Positions 1 to 14,087 of a stretch of 64,000 bases of DNA are shown one piece after another. Below the pieces are notes generated by a model. That model was not told where the DNA came from. It saw only the letters and a list, made by a program, of their open reading frames with translations, and made no database searches. Each line of letters opens with the position of its first letter. The first letter of the stretch is position 1. The DNA comes from Octopus sinensis (taxonomy: Eukaryota). Both the position numbers and the translations under genes were made by a program. The stretch is from NCBI RefSeq assembly GCF_006345805.1, contig NC_043002.1, positions 107,508,001-107,572,000 on the forward strand, given 5' to 3'.

Positions 1-196
1 TAGTATTGTTGTTATACATACATACAAGCATATGTAATGATAATAATAAGTGGATGTAAACACATGAACAAAATAACACCAAATATATAAGTGCGTGTGT
101 TTTTATTGGCTAAACAGGCAAAAATGACCATTCCGAAATATAACAATATCTGTTTCAACACACGACTTCACATAAAAAATCTCGCACAACAAATAT

Positions 197-271
197 TTAA
201 ACGTATATATATATATATATATATATATAAGTTAATCCAAACAAGAAAACAAAAAAACAAATATATATACA

Positions 272-334
<63 letters not shown>

Positions 335-1212
335 ATATATATGTATATATATATGTATGTGTGTATATATATGTATATATATATGTATGTGTGTATATAT
401 ATGTATATATATATGTATGTGTGTATATATATGTATATATATATGTGTGTGTGTATATATATGTGTGTGTGTATATATATGTGTGTATATATATGTGTGT
501 GTGTGTGTATATATATGTGTGTGTGTGTGTATATATATGTGTGTGTGTGTGTATATATGTGTGTGTATATATATATGTGTGTGTGTGTGTATGTATGTGT
601 GTGTGTGTGTATATATGTTGTGTGTGTGTATATATGTGTGGTGTGTGTGTGTATATATGTGTGTGGTGTGTGTGTGTGTATATATGTGTGGTGTGTGTGT
701 GTGTATATATGTGTGTGTGTGTATATATATGTGTGTGTGTGTATATATGTGTGTGTGTGTATATGTATGTGTGTGTGTGTATATATATGTGTGTGGTGTA
801 TATATATGTGTGTATATATATGTGTGTATATATGTGGTGTGTGTATATATATGTATGTGTGTGTATATATAAGTATGTGTGTGTATATATATAGTATGTG
901 TGTGTATATATATATGTGTGTATATATATATAAGTATATGTATATGTGTATATTTATATATACATACATACATGTATATATGTATATATATATACATACA
1001 TATATGTGTATTTGTATGTATGTGTGTATTCGTATGTGTGTGTATATTTGCATGTATATATGTTTGTGTGTGTGTATATTTGTATGTGTATGTGTGTATT
1101 TGTGTATGCATATATATATGTTGTGTGTATTTGTGTATGCATATATATATGTTGTGTGTATATGTGTATGTACATATGTTATGTGCTTGTGTGTGTGTGT
1201 ATATATGTCTAT
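197..1212. repeat. Complex (TA)n/(TG)n microsatellite with an internal ~30-bp higher-order period near 301-440
   Basis: Read directly. It explains the long YI/CV/HT ORFs. Confidence 0.97.
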
Positions 1213-4200
1213 ATCCATCCCTTTACCCTCGTCGCCAATTGCATGCGTTTCCGCTCTGCTGTTTCACATTGCTGTGGAGAAAGAAGGAAACTTGCTCTTA
1301 GCCTTATGAACAGTAGTATACTGTTGCTATGGTGATGGAGTAGAAAGCGATTCTTCTTCTGCAGCCATGCTGGGCCACTGCTGCTGCATTGAAGCGGGTG
1401 GGCGAGTTGGCTTCGGCACTTTGTGTTCGTCGGCCTGCTAAGTTAATACACATGCTAAAACAACAGTTGTACCTGTGTACACACACACACACACACACGC
1501 TTTATATTACTGCTGTGGGATCAAACCCGGAATCAGGGGGCTGCGAAGACCTTTTCCACATAGCTCTATTTGTTTTTCCTATTCTTTATCCTTTGTTTAG
1601 CGTTGATCATGATGAAGGGCTATCTAATTACGACCATCTCAACTTTTTGCGGGAATGGGGGTGACCCAGTATAGCTACGACTATCTCTCTCTCTCTCTCT
1701 CTCCATCCTTTTTAAACTGTATGGCGTGATTTGAGGAAGATTTGGTTGCTATTTCTCAATGGTTGTGTGGCTGGATTCGATCTGTGTGTGGACATGTTGC
1801 ATAATTTCTATTACAACACTCGGATTAATCAGTCGTTTTGATGGAATTTGGTTCACGGAAATTGTATCAGCCCCCCCACCCCCTTGTTATTCCTGGGTGA
1901 GAAACTTGTCGGGTTTGACGTGTACTTGGTCCCAGGATGGCTCGAACGAAGTCCGCTCGTTTGATGTCGGACCAGGTTCTTGGAGGGACAGTGACGGTTG
2001 CTAATCAGCAAAGTCGAACGGTCACTTAAGAGATTAGTCTTTGACCGCAGAATTCAAGCATCTAACCATTCGGTTAGATATTAATCCACTGTCCTTCCAT
2101 TCCCTCTCCTCCACCAAAAATGTCTCGTCTCAGGTAAAAAGCCAGTAGAGCATCGGGGAAAATGCACTGTACTATTTCTTCCGGCTTTTTACGTTTTAAG
2201 TTCAAATCCCGCCGGGATCAATTTTGCTTTTTATTCCTTTAGAGTTGATAAAACAAAATATCGATGAAATATTGAATTGACCTGCACTTTCATTCAAAAT
2301 TGTCTTGTATCTAATTCAGAAACCATTACTATTAATCTGAGGATAAGGGTTCGTAACTTTTCGACTCCATATGAAGCCTGTGGTTGTGCGTTTGTTGGAG
2401 TATCGTCACCCGCTAACCCGAACTGTGGACCTGCAAGAACAGATCTTGTTTTCACCTATCTTGTTTTGCCGACTTTTCTAAATGCAGTAGGTCTCCACTC
2501 TATCAAAATTAAAGTGTAACAACCTAGGAAAATGTTATTGTTTTGTCCCCAGATTAACTCTGATTTATATAGACGTGTTCAACTCCAAACAACCCAAGGG
2601 TGCTCTCCGTTTAAAAACGGAAGTTAGGCTTAGGTTTGACGGAGATTTTGGCTGTTGTTTATTTTGGGTTGAGCGACTGCTTTGAATCTGTGAGCCGTGT
2701 GTGTATGTATATATATATAGTGTGTGTGTATAACAACCTGTGACTCTCGTGAAAAGCTCTACAAGAAGTTTTCTTTCATAGCATACGAGTTTGAGTTTAA
2801 TGCTTGGCCAGAGGAAGATGGAAGTAATTTAATGACCAGCTTTGTGCATTCTGGTTGTGCTGGGCATTGTTAATTCTGCAACGGTTTACTTGTTCCCTTG
2901 AGTGATAGCTCACAGACTCCCTCTTCTTTCACCTATTCTTCTCACTCCTTAAACTGTCATCCCCTTAAACTGAACCTACACATTTTTGGAAGGCACCACG
3001 CCAATAAGTTTACACACACACACGTGTGCGTATGTATGTGATTGTGTTGTTGTTCTTAACTGATGGATTCAAGGAGTTCATCTGGTTGCTTCGTGTTTCC
3101 CTGGTCAACCTGCTTCAAATAACCCAATCTCCCTTAAATCATGTCATCAAAAAGAAGGGCATATTTGTATAATGTATTCCTCCAGGCGTAAACAAGGATG
3201 GCCACGGCTAGAGCGCCTTTGATCATAGGTTTGCTCGATTAGAAGTTACTGGTTTATACACTTTCTTTCAATAAATACATGTCGTTTATATTTACCAAGG
3301 ATTATCTCCTGGTTGCTCTCAAAGATAGAAATAAGTCACCTTAAATGAGAAGGAAAACTCAGTTGGGGTTTAATGTAAATCTAAGATAATACTGTCTGCC
3401 AAAACGAAAAGAAAAAACATTGTGGTCATGGTCGGAATGCTCTCACGCATAGAATCTGCTTGATCAGGGCTGACCTGGTACAAAAGCTAAACCTATATCT
3501 AAACTTCTACACACACCCAGTTTGTACATTTTATGATATAAAGTGCGTCAAGGCAGCAGCAGTTGTGCTAACTGGACTGTTACTTGTTCCTCCCTCCCTC
3601 CCTATTATTATTTTCTTGGTTCGTTGCATTATTTTCTTTACCTTTCTACCTCTCCCCATTACTTTTGCCCGCCACCAAATGATGACTAGTTGCGCCTCTT
3701 CTACCGTTTAGGACGACGACACGCGTGTAGAAGGGCGCCATTTACTTTTTTTTCTATGATCCAGTCACCAATTTTAATTTAGATTTTAATTTTTTTAAAC
3801 TTTATCTCGTTTGTAAATCGTCTTCTCTCCGTTTAATCGCAGATTCCTTTTCAACTGTAACACCAGTTTTAAGAGATCAACTCTGATTGAGTAGACTTAT
3901 GATCAGGGACGAGCCACCCCTGACCGTCTCGTCTGTGGGGTAAGGGTGTTGTGGGGAGTTTTAATGTTGTTTTTAATGTGGACGCCTAAACAACCTGCTG
4001 AGATTCCATAGTTGGCACCTTACAAATACTGTTCTATAATGCGCTATTTATTTCGCTGGTCAGACTGTGCCTAGGCTATTTTTCCTTCCTTCCTGGGTCA
4101 CTTGTGTCAGTCCACTATCATAAGACAACCCTTGAGTAGTCTTAATTCTACTCGCTTTCTTCAACACTAAAGTTTGAAATGTCTCTAAACATGTTTAATG

Positions 4201-5246
4201 TGTGTGTGTGTGTGTACCCACGTATAACATTGATCAGATGCTCTGTTTGACCAGCCTCTCTTTGTGAATCTGGGACTATTTTATCTAATCTTTTTTTTCG
4301 GTCATTGTAGGAACTTGACTGCTATTTCTAGCGAGCCGAGTGATCGTGTTTTGTTTTTTTCTATCATTGATTCCTATTATTTGCTGGTCGCACATGAATG
4401 ATTATGGTTAAACATCCCAACTGTGGTCGTCCTGTCTTTGGGGGTTTTGCAGTGCTACATTATTTTAATGGTTCCAATAAGATGTGGTTAGGCTGCTATT
4501 TCTACCAGATCAAGCTACTACGTGGAAATTCCCTTGTTGACTGGTTTATATGAACAAGGAAAACCTTTCATTGCCTTCAGTTTTGTCTTAAATGTCACCT
4601 TGCTCTACCAAGGCCATATTTCAATCAGGTTGCCATAGCTCTCCGCTGTTCTAAAGTCTTATGTGATAAATGTTTTAATTGCTTATCAATTATTGTCTCG
4701 GTTTCCATGGCAATCAGTCTCGAGATAATTAATTCTGCCTCTCTCTCTACCTACACTTTCATAATCAATGTGCTTCAATGCAAATCGATTTCCTCGATCA
4801 ATCATTGCTGCTAAAATATTTATTCTGTAATTATTCAATAAGTTATCATTTCAGCTTTCAAATTCTCTTTTTACGAGACTCCCCCGTTCTCATAGGAATT
4901 AATGAAAAGGTTTTTTCCTATTTTATTCCCTTAACATTAAATTTTTGGAGGGTTGACTCTTCGTCTCGTCTTTAATCCTTTTTCGATTTGTCCCCTGCCA
5001 TTCATTAACCAGTTGTAGACAGCTACAGGTTTGGTTAAGTCTGGAAATACTGGAATATTTCTGGGATTCGATATCGCTTTTGCGGTTCGTTTCCCCATCC
5101 TTCGTGTGCTGTCATTCATTATCTCGTAGCTTCAAGATTTTGATCGTGTGATTGTGATCTTAGGATGTCGTTGTTGAGTACGTGTGAGAGACCAGATATA
5201 GCTGGTCTGAACTTGAAACACTTGGGATCGATTATGGGCTGTTTAA

Positions 5247-5467
5247 CCCTTTAGCATTTAAACCGGCCATATCCGGCCAAAAGGATTCTGCCTGTTTTAT
5301 GTTCAGACTGGCCATATCTGTTCTCTCACACCAACCCTACAATATCATCTTAAAAATTAACAGCTACCTCATCAAAATCTCATAGCTACAAGATAATGCC
5401 TGATTAGTTCAAAACAATGTGGATGAAAAAGCATTAGTTTTGGCAGAATAATGTGAACACTAAAGGG
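5247..5467. mobile_element. piggyBac-like MITE, 221 bp
   Basis: TTAA|CCCTTTAG...CTAAAGGG|TTAA. A second copy of identical length lies at 30952-31172. Confidence 0.85.
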
Positions 5468-7104
5468 TTAAATAAATGCTAGAGGGTTAAACTTGATATG
5501 TTCCAAGTCAAACCTGTCCTCCACAAACGTTTTCCAATTCCTCATCAATGTTCCCGATTGATGTCTAAAGTCAAAAAGCTGTTCAGGGTTGTGTTGTACT
5601 TTTCATAAAGATCATCAGATTTTCTACTGATTGAATCTGTGATTAATTATTACAGCTGAGCTCATTGAACTGTTTGTTTGTGAATCTGTTATAGTTGTCT
5701 GTGATACACACATGATCAAACTTGCTCCGATTGTGACCATCCCTTCTAGCAACAATAATAGACACTGACCTCTTTAGTATAGTTTCCTATTTAAATGTTG
5801 GACAGGAATTCCAAAGAAACAACCAGATTGGAAACCATCCCGGGTCTGGACTAGGGAAGCCCTGACTTGCTAGAAATAGCAGTCAAATCACATGTTGGAT
5901 AACATTGCTCTGTTTTTATAGCCACACATACCTCTTAAACGGAAGGAATGGTCATGGCTGGAACGAGTTTCAATCATAGTTCTTCTTGACGGGGGAATGA
6001 CCTGGGGTGAAACTTATTCCACAGATATCAGTTATGATCACTTGAAGCAGATCTCAAGTTTTTGTGATACTTGCCTTCTGTGTCCTTTGGGAATAGAATG
6101 ACCGCCATCACAACCATCTAGTAAATGGCGCTTGGACATTGCACTGGCCAAGCTGGGGCAGCATTTTGATCCCTTATGCTTAAATGCTAAGTGACATGTA
6201 AACAGACCAACACAATTTGTCAGGTGGGTGACATGTGATAGGCTTCTACACAGTTTCTGTGTACCAAATTCACTCATAAGGCATTGATTAGTCTGGGGCC
6301 ATATTGTAAGACACTTGCCCCAGGATGCTGCTCAATTGGATAGAACATATAATCATGTGGTTGCACCCAGCCATGCCCTCATCTATGAGATCGTGTTTCA
6401 TTGCAATGTTTTTACATTCAGTGCAGGGAACCTAACTAGAATATTGTATTGGCAGAGGTTAAACTATTTAACAAACATTATTGTAATTCAGTGTGGGAAA
6501 TAGCGCAGGATGTTCCAGTCTTATTGTGACCTCATCAGTTAGACTTCACTGTGCTTGTTGAAAGTGATGACAGTCAGTGTGTACAAGATTACATACACAC
6601 TAGTTGTTGAAAACGATATTGTTTAGAGCAGTGATTCTCAATCATTTTTTTTTTTACAAGTGGACCCCACCCCCAGCGATTCGTTGTTTAAAAACTAATT
6701 TTATAGATACTTCTTTCAAAATTCCTCATTAGGGTTTCATTCGTTTCCTGCCACCATTTTTACACGACTTGTATTTCAATTCCCTGAAAGTCTTCTATCT
6801 TTGCCATCTCTTTTACAGCATGCTTAACATATTATATACACCCTGTCGATATCTTTAGTTATTCTAAAATCTTACATTCGTGGTTTCTACGGGTTTTTTT
6901 TTGTGTCGGTGACTGATAAAACCAAACCATAACCAGACGAGCGGGTGCTTAAGAGCAGACACCCCCTCCCCTCTGTATTCTATATTTAATAAGATTAAAT
7001 ACACAATTTTTCTTGTTTGTATAATTTTAGTAAAAATTTATGGGTACACACGACATCAGATAGTTTTGGGCCCCCTTTCTGCAATGGGCAGAAGGCTTGA
7101 AATT

Positions 7105-7430
7105 TTGGAAGACGAGGGTAGTCGGTTACATCGATCGACCCAAGTGCTCAACTGGTTATTTTTATTAATCCCGCAAAGATGAAAAACGAAATCCACCCTC
7201 GGCGGATTTTGAACTCAGAACGTAAAGATTGACGAAATACTACTGCTAAGCACTTTGCCTAGTGTGCCAACGCTTCTGATTGCTCACCAACTTACATTCG
7301 TCGGGATTGACTTTGCTTTTCATATTTTCGGGGTCGATAAAATAAGTACCAAATGAGCACTGGGAGGGGTCGATGTAACCGATTTACACCCACTCGCGAT
7401 ATTGCTGGCCTTGTGCCAAAATTTGAAACC
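7105..7430. mobile_element. Two diverged fragments of the tRNA-derived SINE with the GACTTTGCCTTTCATCC...GGGGTCGATAAA core (one -, one +)
   Basis: Similarity to the intact copies at 42170 and 49965. Confidence 0.7.
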
Positions 7431-10194
7431 ATTGTTATGTGTGATGTATATAATAGCTGTATGCAAATGTGTGTGTATATTATATAGTGTTAAGCATTAT
7501 TTTTTTTATTAAAAATGATATACCTGATTACATTTAGTGTCTACAAATATTCTTTATTCTATTAAACTTTTGTTTTTGTTTAATGATTTTCAGATAGTTC
7601 TAGGTCGAGCAGATAGGTAAAACAATAAAATAAAATGAAAAAGCAACAAAAAAAGCACTTAAACAAAAAAATAAAAACTTCTAAAACAGAAATAGTATAT
7701 AACATAAAAACAAAATTTGTGTGAGTCGAGAGAAGCGACAGGTGGTTGGTTTGTGTGGCTTTCTGCTGGAGTAGCAGTAGTCAGCCTGCGAACTCTACCT
7801 CCTCCTGCTACCCCCGTGGCTTGTGCGGCGGCGGTGGTGCTGGTGGTGGTGGCGACGGTGCAACGAGAGAAACAGGTTGGGTATCACACGGCCCTCAACA
7901 ACAGACCGATATTAAAACACAATGGAGCTTGTCCAACAGATAGCCCGGTGTGGCGGGGCTGGGGGGTGGGGGTGCCTTTGTATTTTGTTTCTCCTTCTTC
8001 CTTTCTCTCTCTTTATTATAAGTTTTGATAACTCGTTAGATAACGCTTACGATAAAGGGTAGGGTAGCGACAGGAATTGGGTACACTTGACTCCTTTTAA
8101 AGAAACCGTGCTTTAGTCTTAAAACCACTCCATGTGCTTGCGCCTAAAACGAGGATGACCTGTACTAGAAATAACAGCTAAACCACCTTTAATCGACACA
8201 ACCCTGTGGCCTCAAGACCGTTTTATGTCCAAGACTACCTGTTGCATTATGCCGAGACTGAACTGAAGCTAAACAGCATCTCTTACTCCTGTACGGAGTT
8301 CTCTTGGGCTCTTAATATATACATCTGCTGTGTTTTTTGCAAACAAAGCGATCAACGCTTCCCCTCCCTCTGCCTGTTCGCTCTTCCTTTTTTTTTTTTA
8401 AGCTGCAGTAATCCCTGGACTTCTATTACACCTGCCGTTTATTTTCTTTTTATTTTAGATATTGTTTTGTTCTAGGTCAGTCCTGACTCAGCAAACCTAT
8501 TAACCACCACGGTGTAACTAGGACCTCTTTTATCTAATGGATTTTTTTAAGGCAGTAAGATATGACTTGAATGAGATTTGGCTGTTATTTCTAGCAAGTC
8601 GGGCGATTGTGGAACGGGTGTTAGTACATTTAAGTACCAGTGGTGAACTTAAGGTACACTAGAAGCTGTTAGATGCATCTGAAGTGAGAAAATTAATAAA
8701 TCCTAAAATTTACAAATACTTATTTAACTCTTTCGGCCGGGAATTTTTTCTCAAGTCAGTAATGGTGGGGGTTGTACGCATGCGAGCCTTTTGAGTTGTC
8801 ATAGTGTCATACACTCCGATCATATGTCTGGCACTACGTACTTACCAGAAAAACTGGAGTGGTACTATACTGCATCACATAGGCTGTAAAATTTTTGACT
8901 GGTACAAATATGTACCCGCCATGCCGAAAGGGCTAAATGAAGATAAAAGCTATACAATTTTATTAAATTTCTGTTTTGATTTTTTTTCCCTTTTCTTTTG
9001 TCTCCCAGGGATTCATTTTAGATTTGAATGAAGATGTAACTGTCCTCTAGAAACAAGAAAGGGTCTCCTCTCCCTTAACGTAAAGAGTTGTTAGTTTTTG
9101 ATTTTAATAAACAATATTGAAAGATTATCTCTGTACATTTTGAGTATTATTGACGATGGTGGTGCTATCTTAAAATAAGGCCCTCCCCAGAGACACAACA
9201 GATCTAGGGTCCAATACTGATCTTTGTATGCTGTGTTTGTGTAAGGGTTCCTAGTGCTTTACTGTTTTAGGTCCTTTAATGACCCTAGACGGTGATGTTT
9301 AACTTGGCAGTGTTTCTCAAACCAGCAGACATAAGTTCAGTTGTGGTTATATACTTCCTCACAGACCTAATGTATCTGGGACTACATCATTCAGTGTATT
9401 TCTATTTAGATGATAGGGTGGTATTTCTTCTGGACTTAGGGTTAGAAAGGTTCCTGTTATAAACATTTTTTTTTTTTTGCCACATTCTTCTATATAACTC
9501 TTTTCTAAGCTGGTAAGAAGTGACTTAAAGGACATTTGACTGTTATTTCTTGTAATGACTCCATACAGGAATCCTAAATGGGGTCACTACAAGGATTAAG
9601 CTCTAATAAACCCTCTTGTATATTATCCTTAAAATATTATAAAGTTCTACTTGTCTCAATGGTTGTTCACTAAAAATCCTATTTTCAATTAATTTCACTA
9701 ATTATTCTATAATCAATTAACTTAATCTCTGGCTTTCACCGAAAAAAAACCCCACCAATGATCATATTTTTGCAGCACTTCCAGGAATGGTAGCAAAGAA
9801 ACCATAACACACGGTTTTCCCATAAACTGGACATTTGGTTCAAATGCTTACAGCAGTAGACAATGCCAAAGGCACCAAAGAGTTAAACTGTCTTTTAATA
9901 TACACAATGTGTTATAACTATTTCCAAAGCAGAAACAGTGTCACTGACTTGTTTGATATCTTAATTTCAGTTTCTGAATTAAGATATTAAATGTGTAAAA
10001 ACATATTTGATATGCTGTGATTGAGAAGATACGGCAAGTAAAGTGGGATCGTTGGCTGTAGCCTATCCCAGTGTCGCATAACCAGCCCCTTAAAAAAGTA
10101 CCTTTGAATTGTCGGGCGATGTACCATGCTTGAGTCAAGTAAAATCAATCAAAAATCAAATCACAATCAAATGGAAATTGTAGTTGTGGCTGAT

Positions 10195-10410
10195 GCCAGT
10201 GCCGCCTGACTGGCTCTTGTGTTGGTGGCACGCAATAAGCACCATTCATGCGTGGGTCGTTGCCAGTGCTGCCTGACTGGCTCCCCATGTCGGTGGCACG
10301 TAAAAAGTACCCATTACACTCTCCAAGTGGTTGGTGTTAAGGGCATCCAGCTGTAGAAACATTGCCAGATCAGATTGGAGCCTGGTGAGGCCTCCTGACT
10401 TGCTAGTCCC
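10195..10410 (+). mobile_element. SINE-like repeat with GGTTGGCGTTAGGAAGGGCATCCAGCTGTAGAAAC core (the family ends in a (GAT)n tail)
   Basis: Matches copies at 14932-15251 and 36735-37010. Confidence 0.7.
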
Positions 10411-10412
10411 CA

Positions 10413-10985
10413 GTGGCAGTCTGGTAAGTAGCTTGCTTACCAACCACATGGTTCTGGGTTCACTCCGACTGTGTGACACCTTGGACAAGTGTCTTCTATC
10501 GCCTTAGGCTGACCAAAGCCTTGTGAGTGGATTTGATAGATGGAAACTGAAAGAAGCCAGTCATATATATTTATTTATGTATGTGTTTGTGTGTCTGTCC
10601 CCACTCCATTGCTTGACAACCGATGTTGGTGTGTTTGCATTCCCGTAACTTAGCGGTTCGGCAAAAGAGCAATGAAGTACTAGGCTTATAAAGAAAATAT
10701 TCTGGGGTCGATTTGTTCGACTAAAGGTGGTGCTCCAGCATGGCTGCCGTTAAATGACTGAAGCAAATAAGAGAATATGTGTCTGTCCCCCACTACCACT
10801 TGACAACCGATGTTGGTGTGTTAACATTCCTGTAACTTAGCGGTTTGGCAAAAGAGACCTATGAAATAAGTACAAGGCTTTAAAAAAAAAAAAAGCATTA
10901 GGTTTGATTCATTCGACTAAAAGTTTTTCAAAGCATTGCTCCAGCATGGCTACAGTCTAATGACTGACAAGTAAAAGATAGAAGA
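10413..10985 (+). mobile_element. Diverged tRNA-derived SINE (CORE-like family) plus a tandem second 3' half
   Basis: Alignable with the young copies at 12492 and 43358. Confidence 0.8.
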
Positions 10986-11260
10986 TAATTAAGTTGATGT
11001 TTTGAACAGAAATTAACATGAAATTTTCATGAAAGGTTTTTAGATCACAGAACCGAAGGCAATCAGTTGGAATCAAAAAGGTTAAAACTTGGACATTTGA
11101 ATTTTTGAAAAAATGAACATTTTCACTTTTTTTTTTGTCTGCAGATTCTCTCTCTCTCTCTCTTTCTCTTTCTCTCCCTCCCCACCACCTTTGTTCTGTG
11201 TTACACATGTTCTTTGTATGTTTTTTTTTTCCTTAAATATTTTTTTTATTTCTTTTCTAG

Positions 11261-11521
11261 GAAGACCCCTCCAGCAGCTGATTAGTAGTGTACCTATTTC
11301 AGAATCCCTTGATGTTAGTTCCAATTGGCGACCGTTCAGCTACGTTGAACAACCTTTTGAACTCAACTTCGCTTACCGTTTTATTTGCAATAAGTACTAT
11401 TATGGGTTGCAGTGTAACAAGGTATGCCGGGCGCGGGACGATAAATTTGGACATTACAATTGTACCAAAGAGGGCCAGGCGAGATGTTTACCAGGATGGA
11501 AAGGAGTTTACTGTGACCAAC
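11261..11521 (+). CDS. Delta: Delta (Notch ligand) exon: end of C2/MNNL region plus DSL domain
   Basis: Acceptor tcttttctag| at 11260, donor c|gtaagg at 11522. Translates RPLQQLISSVPISESLDVSSNWRPFSYVEQPFELNFAYRFICNKYYYGLQCNKVCRARDDKFGHYNCTKEGQARCLPGWKGVYCDQ, with the DSL cysteine pattern. 261 nt, phase 1 to phase 1. Confidence 0.96.
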
Positions 11522-11733
11522 GTAAGGACCACTTTGTTGTTATACCTTGAAAAATCAACCACTAAAAAACACTTTCCTCAAAATTCTTTTGATCAATCCT
11601 CCATTCAGGTTACCGAAAAAAATACTTCACTGACCACTGTCCTATAACCACAGAGGACAGTGGACCAAGTGAGGTACAATATCAGTATTTCTATGGACCT
11701 TAAGATTTTTAGATTTCTATTGTTACCCTAAGT

Positions 11734-11993
11734 CAGTGGTTCCCAAAGTGGGTAGTACCATCTCCCTTGGGGCGGTGGAAAAATCCATGGGGAGGAGGTT
11801 GAAGAAAAATGGGGTGACCAAAATGGGGCAATTGATGTAAAAAAAACAAAGGGTTAATTAGGTCGAGTTTTATTAGTGAAATACTGTTTTGAATTAGCTG
11901 CAGAAAATGGTCTGTGATGGCGGCGGGGGAGCACTAGGAATGTGACCTTAGAACCAAGGGGGGCAGCAGCCTGAAAAAGTTTGGGAAACACTG
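11734..11993. mobile_element. hAT-type MITE, 260 bp
   Basis: Terminal inverted repeats CAGTGGTTCCCAAA / TTTGGGAAACACTG. 8-bp target-site duplication (TSD) ccctaagt / ccctaaat. Confidence 0.8.
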
Positions 11994-12491
11994 CCCTAAA
12001 TGACCACTGATCCAACAGGTCTAAAATTAAAGGCATTCTTTAGTCTCCATCAACTCCAGTGGAATGAGAGCAAAGCTGACCTTGTCATGGGATGTGCAAC
12101 CAATGTAGAGGCCTGGAACTAAATACCAGAAGGTATTGTTCAGTGTTCTGATTTTTCTGATCTGCATTGAAACTGGATTCTCTAATTGTGACCAGTTCCT
12201 TATTTTGGTGGGTAATCTAACAGTATATTATCTAAACACCTTCCTCCATTTTTAAGACATTTGTGTAACTTGAGAGAGATTTGGCTGCTATTTCTAACAT
12301 AGCAAATTTATCAGTAATCTTGGCCCTACAGTTAAAACATGATTTTTCAAAAATCAAGAATTTCCTGTCCGAGATGCATCAAAAAAGTGAATTTTCTGGT
12401 GTTTTAAATGATTAAGCTGGACTCTTTCATGATGAGATTAGAATGAAAGAAAAGCTGAAAAAGAAATTTAAAAAAAAAACAAAAACATATA

Positions 12492-12896
12492 GGCGCAGGA
12501 GTGGCTGTGTGGTAAGTAGCTTGCTAACCAACCACATGGTTCCGGGTTCAGTCCCACTGCGTGGCATCTTGGGCAAGTGTCTTCTGCTATAGCCCCGGGC
12601 CGACCAATGCCTTGTGAGTGGATTTGGTAGACGGAAACTGAAAGAAGCCTGTCCTATATATGTATATATATGTATGTGTGTGTCTGTGTTTGTCCCCCTA
12701 GCATTGCTTGACAACCGATGCTGTGTGTTTACGTCCCCGTCACTTAGCGGTTCGGCAAAAGAGACCGATCGAATAAGTACTGGGCTTACAAAGAATAAGT
12801 CCCGGGGTCGATTTGCTCGACTAAAGGCGGTGCTCCGGCATGGCTGCAGTCAAATGACTGAAACAAGTAAAAGAGTAAAAGAGAGAGTAAAAAGAG
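12492..12896 (+). mobile_element. Young full-length tRNA-derived SINE (CORE-like family)
   Basis: A box TGGCTGTGTGG, B box GGTTCAGTCC, TTGGGCAAGTGTCTT core-like motif and (GTAAAAGA)n tail. Near-identical to 43358-43736 and 46270-46668. Superfamily name is inferred. Confidence 0.9.
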
Positions 12897-14026
12897 TATA
12901 GGATTTGTGTGTCTTGTATTGAATATTATGCAATGTCTGTCTTGTGTCAGTTGGGAAATCATGATTAATGGAGTTATTTGCAACAGTTTCTTATTCTAAA
13001 TTCTTTCAGTATTTTATTTCCTCTGCAATGATACCATCATTAATCTTGGTTTAACGTGACAACACCTACTTAACTAATTGTGCTGCCTTCCATTACTATC
13101 TTAATTGGGTTTTTTTGCAATTACTGCTGGTACCCGAGCAGGACCAGTTTGTTTTTGCTCCAAGGTCTTCAATTTAGTCTTATGTGCTACACCTTGGGCA
13201 AGTGACCTCCACCATATCCTCACATTAATCCATGATACATGAGTGAAATTTGGTCAGTGGAAACTCTGTAGAGAGCCCTTCTGATAGAGTAGACAAGGGC
13301 AGCCCTTGTCACACAAATTGTGCTGATTCCGCCTGAGATTGTCATTTACACTGCGGTAAACAGGTGGTTCCACTCGTTGAGTGTGTGTTTATACATTGGT
13401 ATATTGAGGATTTTGGTCACTAGTTCCACCATTGCAATCCTTCACATACATTCCTACCCATTTGAGGATATTTTGTTAATGCTTCTGATTAGATTACTTA
13501 GACAATATGAATCAAGGTGTAAATAATTCTTTGTAACATCAGCTGGTTCTCTCTGCCCTCCTGGGAGTGGGGCTGGAGATTTCAGGAGACTCAACAAAAG
13601 AAGGAAAGTATATGTAAAATATATTTATATTGTAAGCAGACTTTTTATTCTATTCTTGTAGATTTAACCTTGTGTGTCTTAATTTCATTTGTGAAATTGG
13701 GTTTGGTTCTATTTTGAGACAAAATAATTTAGGAATTGTCTGAATCCACTGAGAGACCTATAAATCACAATCAACAACAGTCTGTTTTGATAAAATCAGA
13801 ACTTAACTGTTTCATATTAAATGCCATTAGCTTTGTAGGGGTGAGATAAACCTTTTCAAGAAGTGAGGGACATAAAGGTTGAGATCCCTTGGGCTCCAGT
13901 ATCTATATGTCAGGGTTATAAAATTTGGTGTTGGTTAAACCAGACTTGTTTTCTTTTGGGGTTTTTCTTTTAATATCATTTTCTAGAAATAAGTTTAATG
14001 TTAAAATTTTCTTTAAATTTTTTTAG

Positions 14027-14087
14027 CAATATGTCTGGCTGGTTGCCATCTACAGCAAGGTTTCTGTGACCAACCTAATAAATGCAA
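14027..14087 (+). CDS. Delta: Delta exon: first half of EGF1 (DOS region); a 61-nt micro-exon absent from the ORF track
   Basis: Acceptor tttttttag| and donor |gtaagt. Gives (P)ICLAGCHLQQGFCDQPNKC(K) and joins both neighbours in frame (C|CA, AA|G). Confidence 0.95.

Noticed and set aside
91-1309. Long ORFs of 200-340 aa on both strands
   Set aside because: They are translations of (TA)n/(TG)n microsatellite with no stop codons. The same applies to ORFs at 44302-44700, 45285-45742, 52859-53342, 54612-54864, 55085-55484, 56698-57431 and 61451-62206.
6492-6499. Su(H)/CSL sites TGTGGGAA (6492) and CGTGGGAA (61238-61245, - strand)
   Set aside because: Isolated 8-mers are expected by chance in 64 kb, and no paired site was seen.
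6628-7080. Possible hAT MITE starting CAGTGATTCTCAA; also an orphan GGTTGGGAACCACTG end at about 57350
   Set aside because: Only one terminus could be identified in each case, with no TSD.
1-11260. Search for Delta 5' exons (signal peptide, C2/MNNL exons including a ~61-nt FSLIIEAW-type exon)
   Set aside because: No candidate with matching translation and splice sites was found by eye. They are probably upstream of the window, though a diverged micro-exon could have been missed.
11113-11550. ORF-track starts and ends for the Delta ORFs (11113, 16642, 18816, 19590)
   Set aside because: The upstream Met and hydrophobic stretches are intronic polypyrimidine tracts. Splice sites define the real exon limits.
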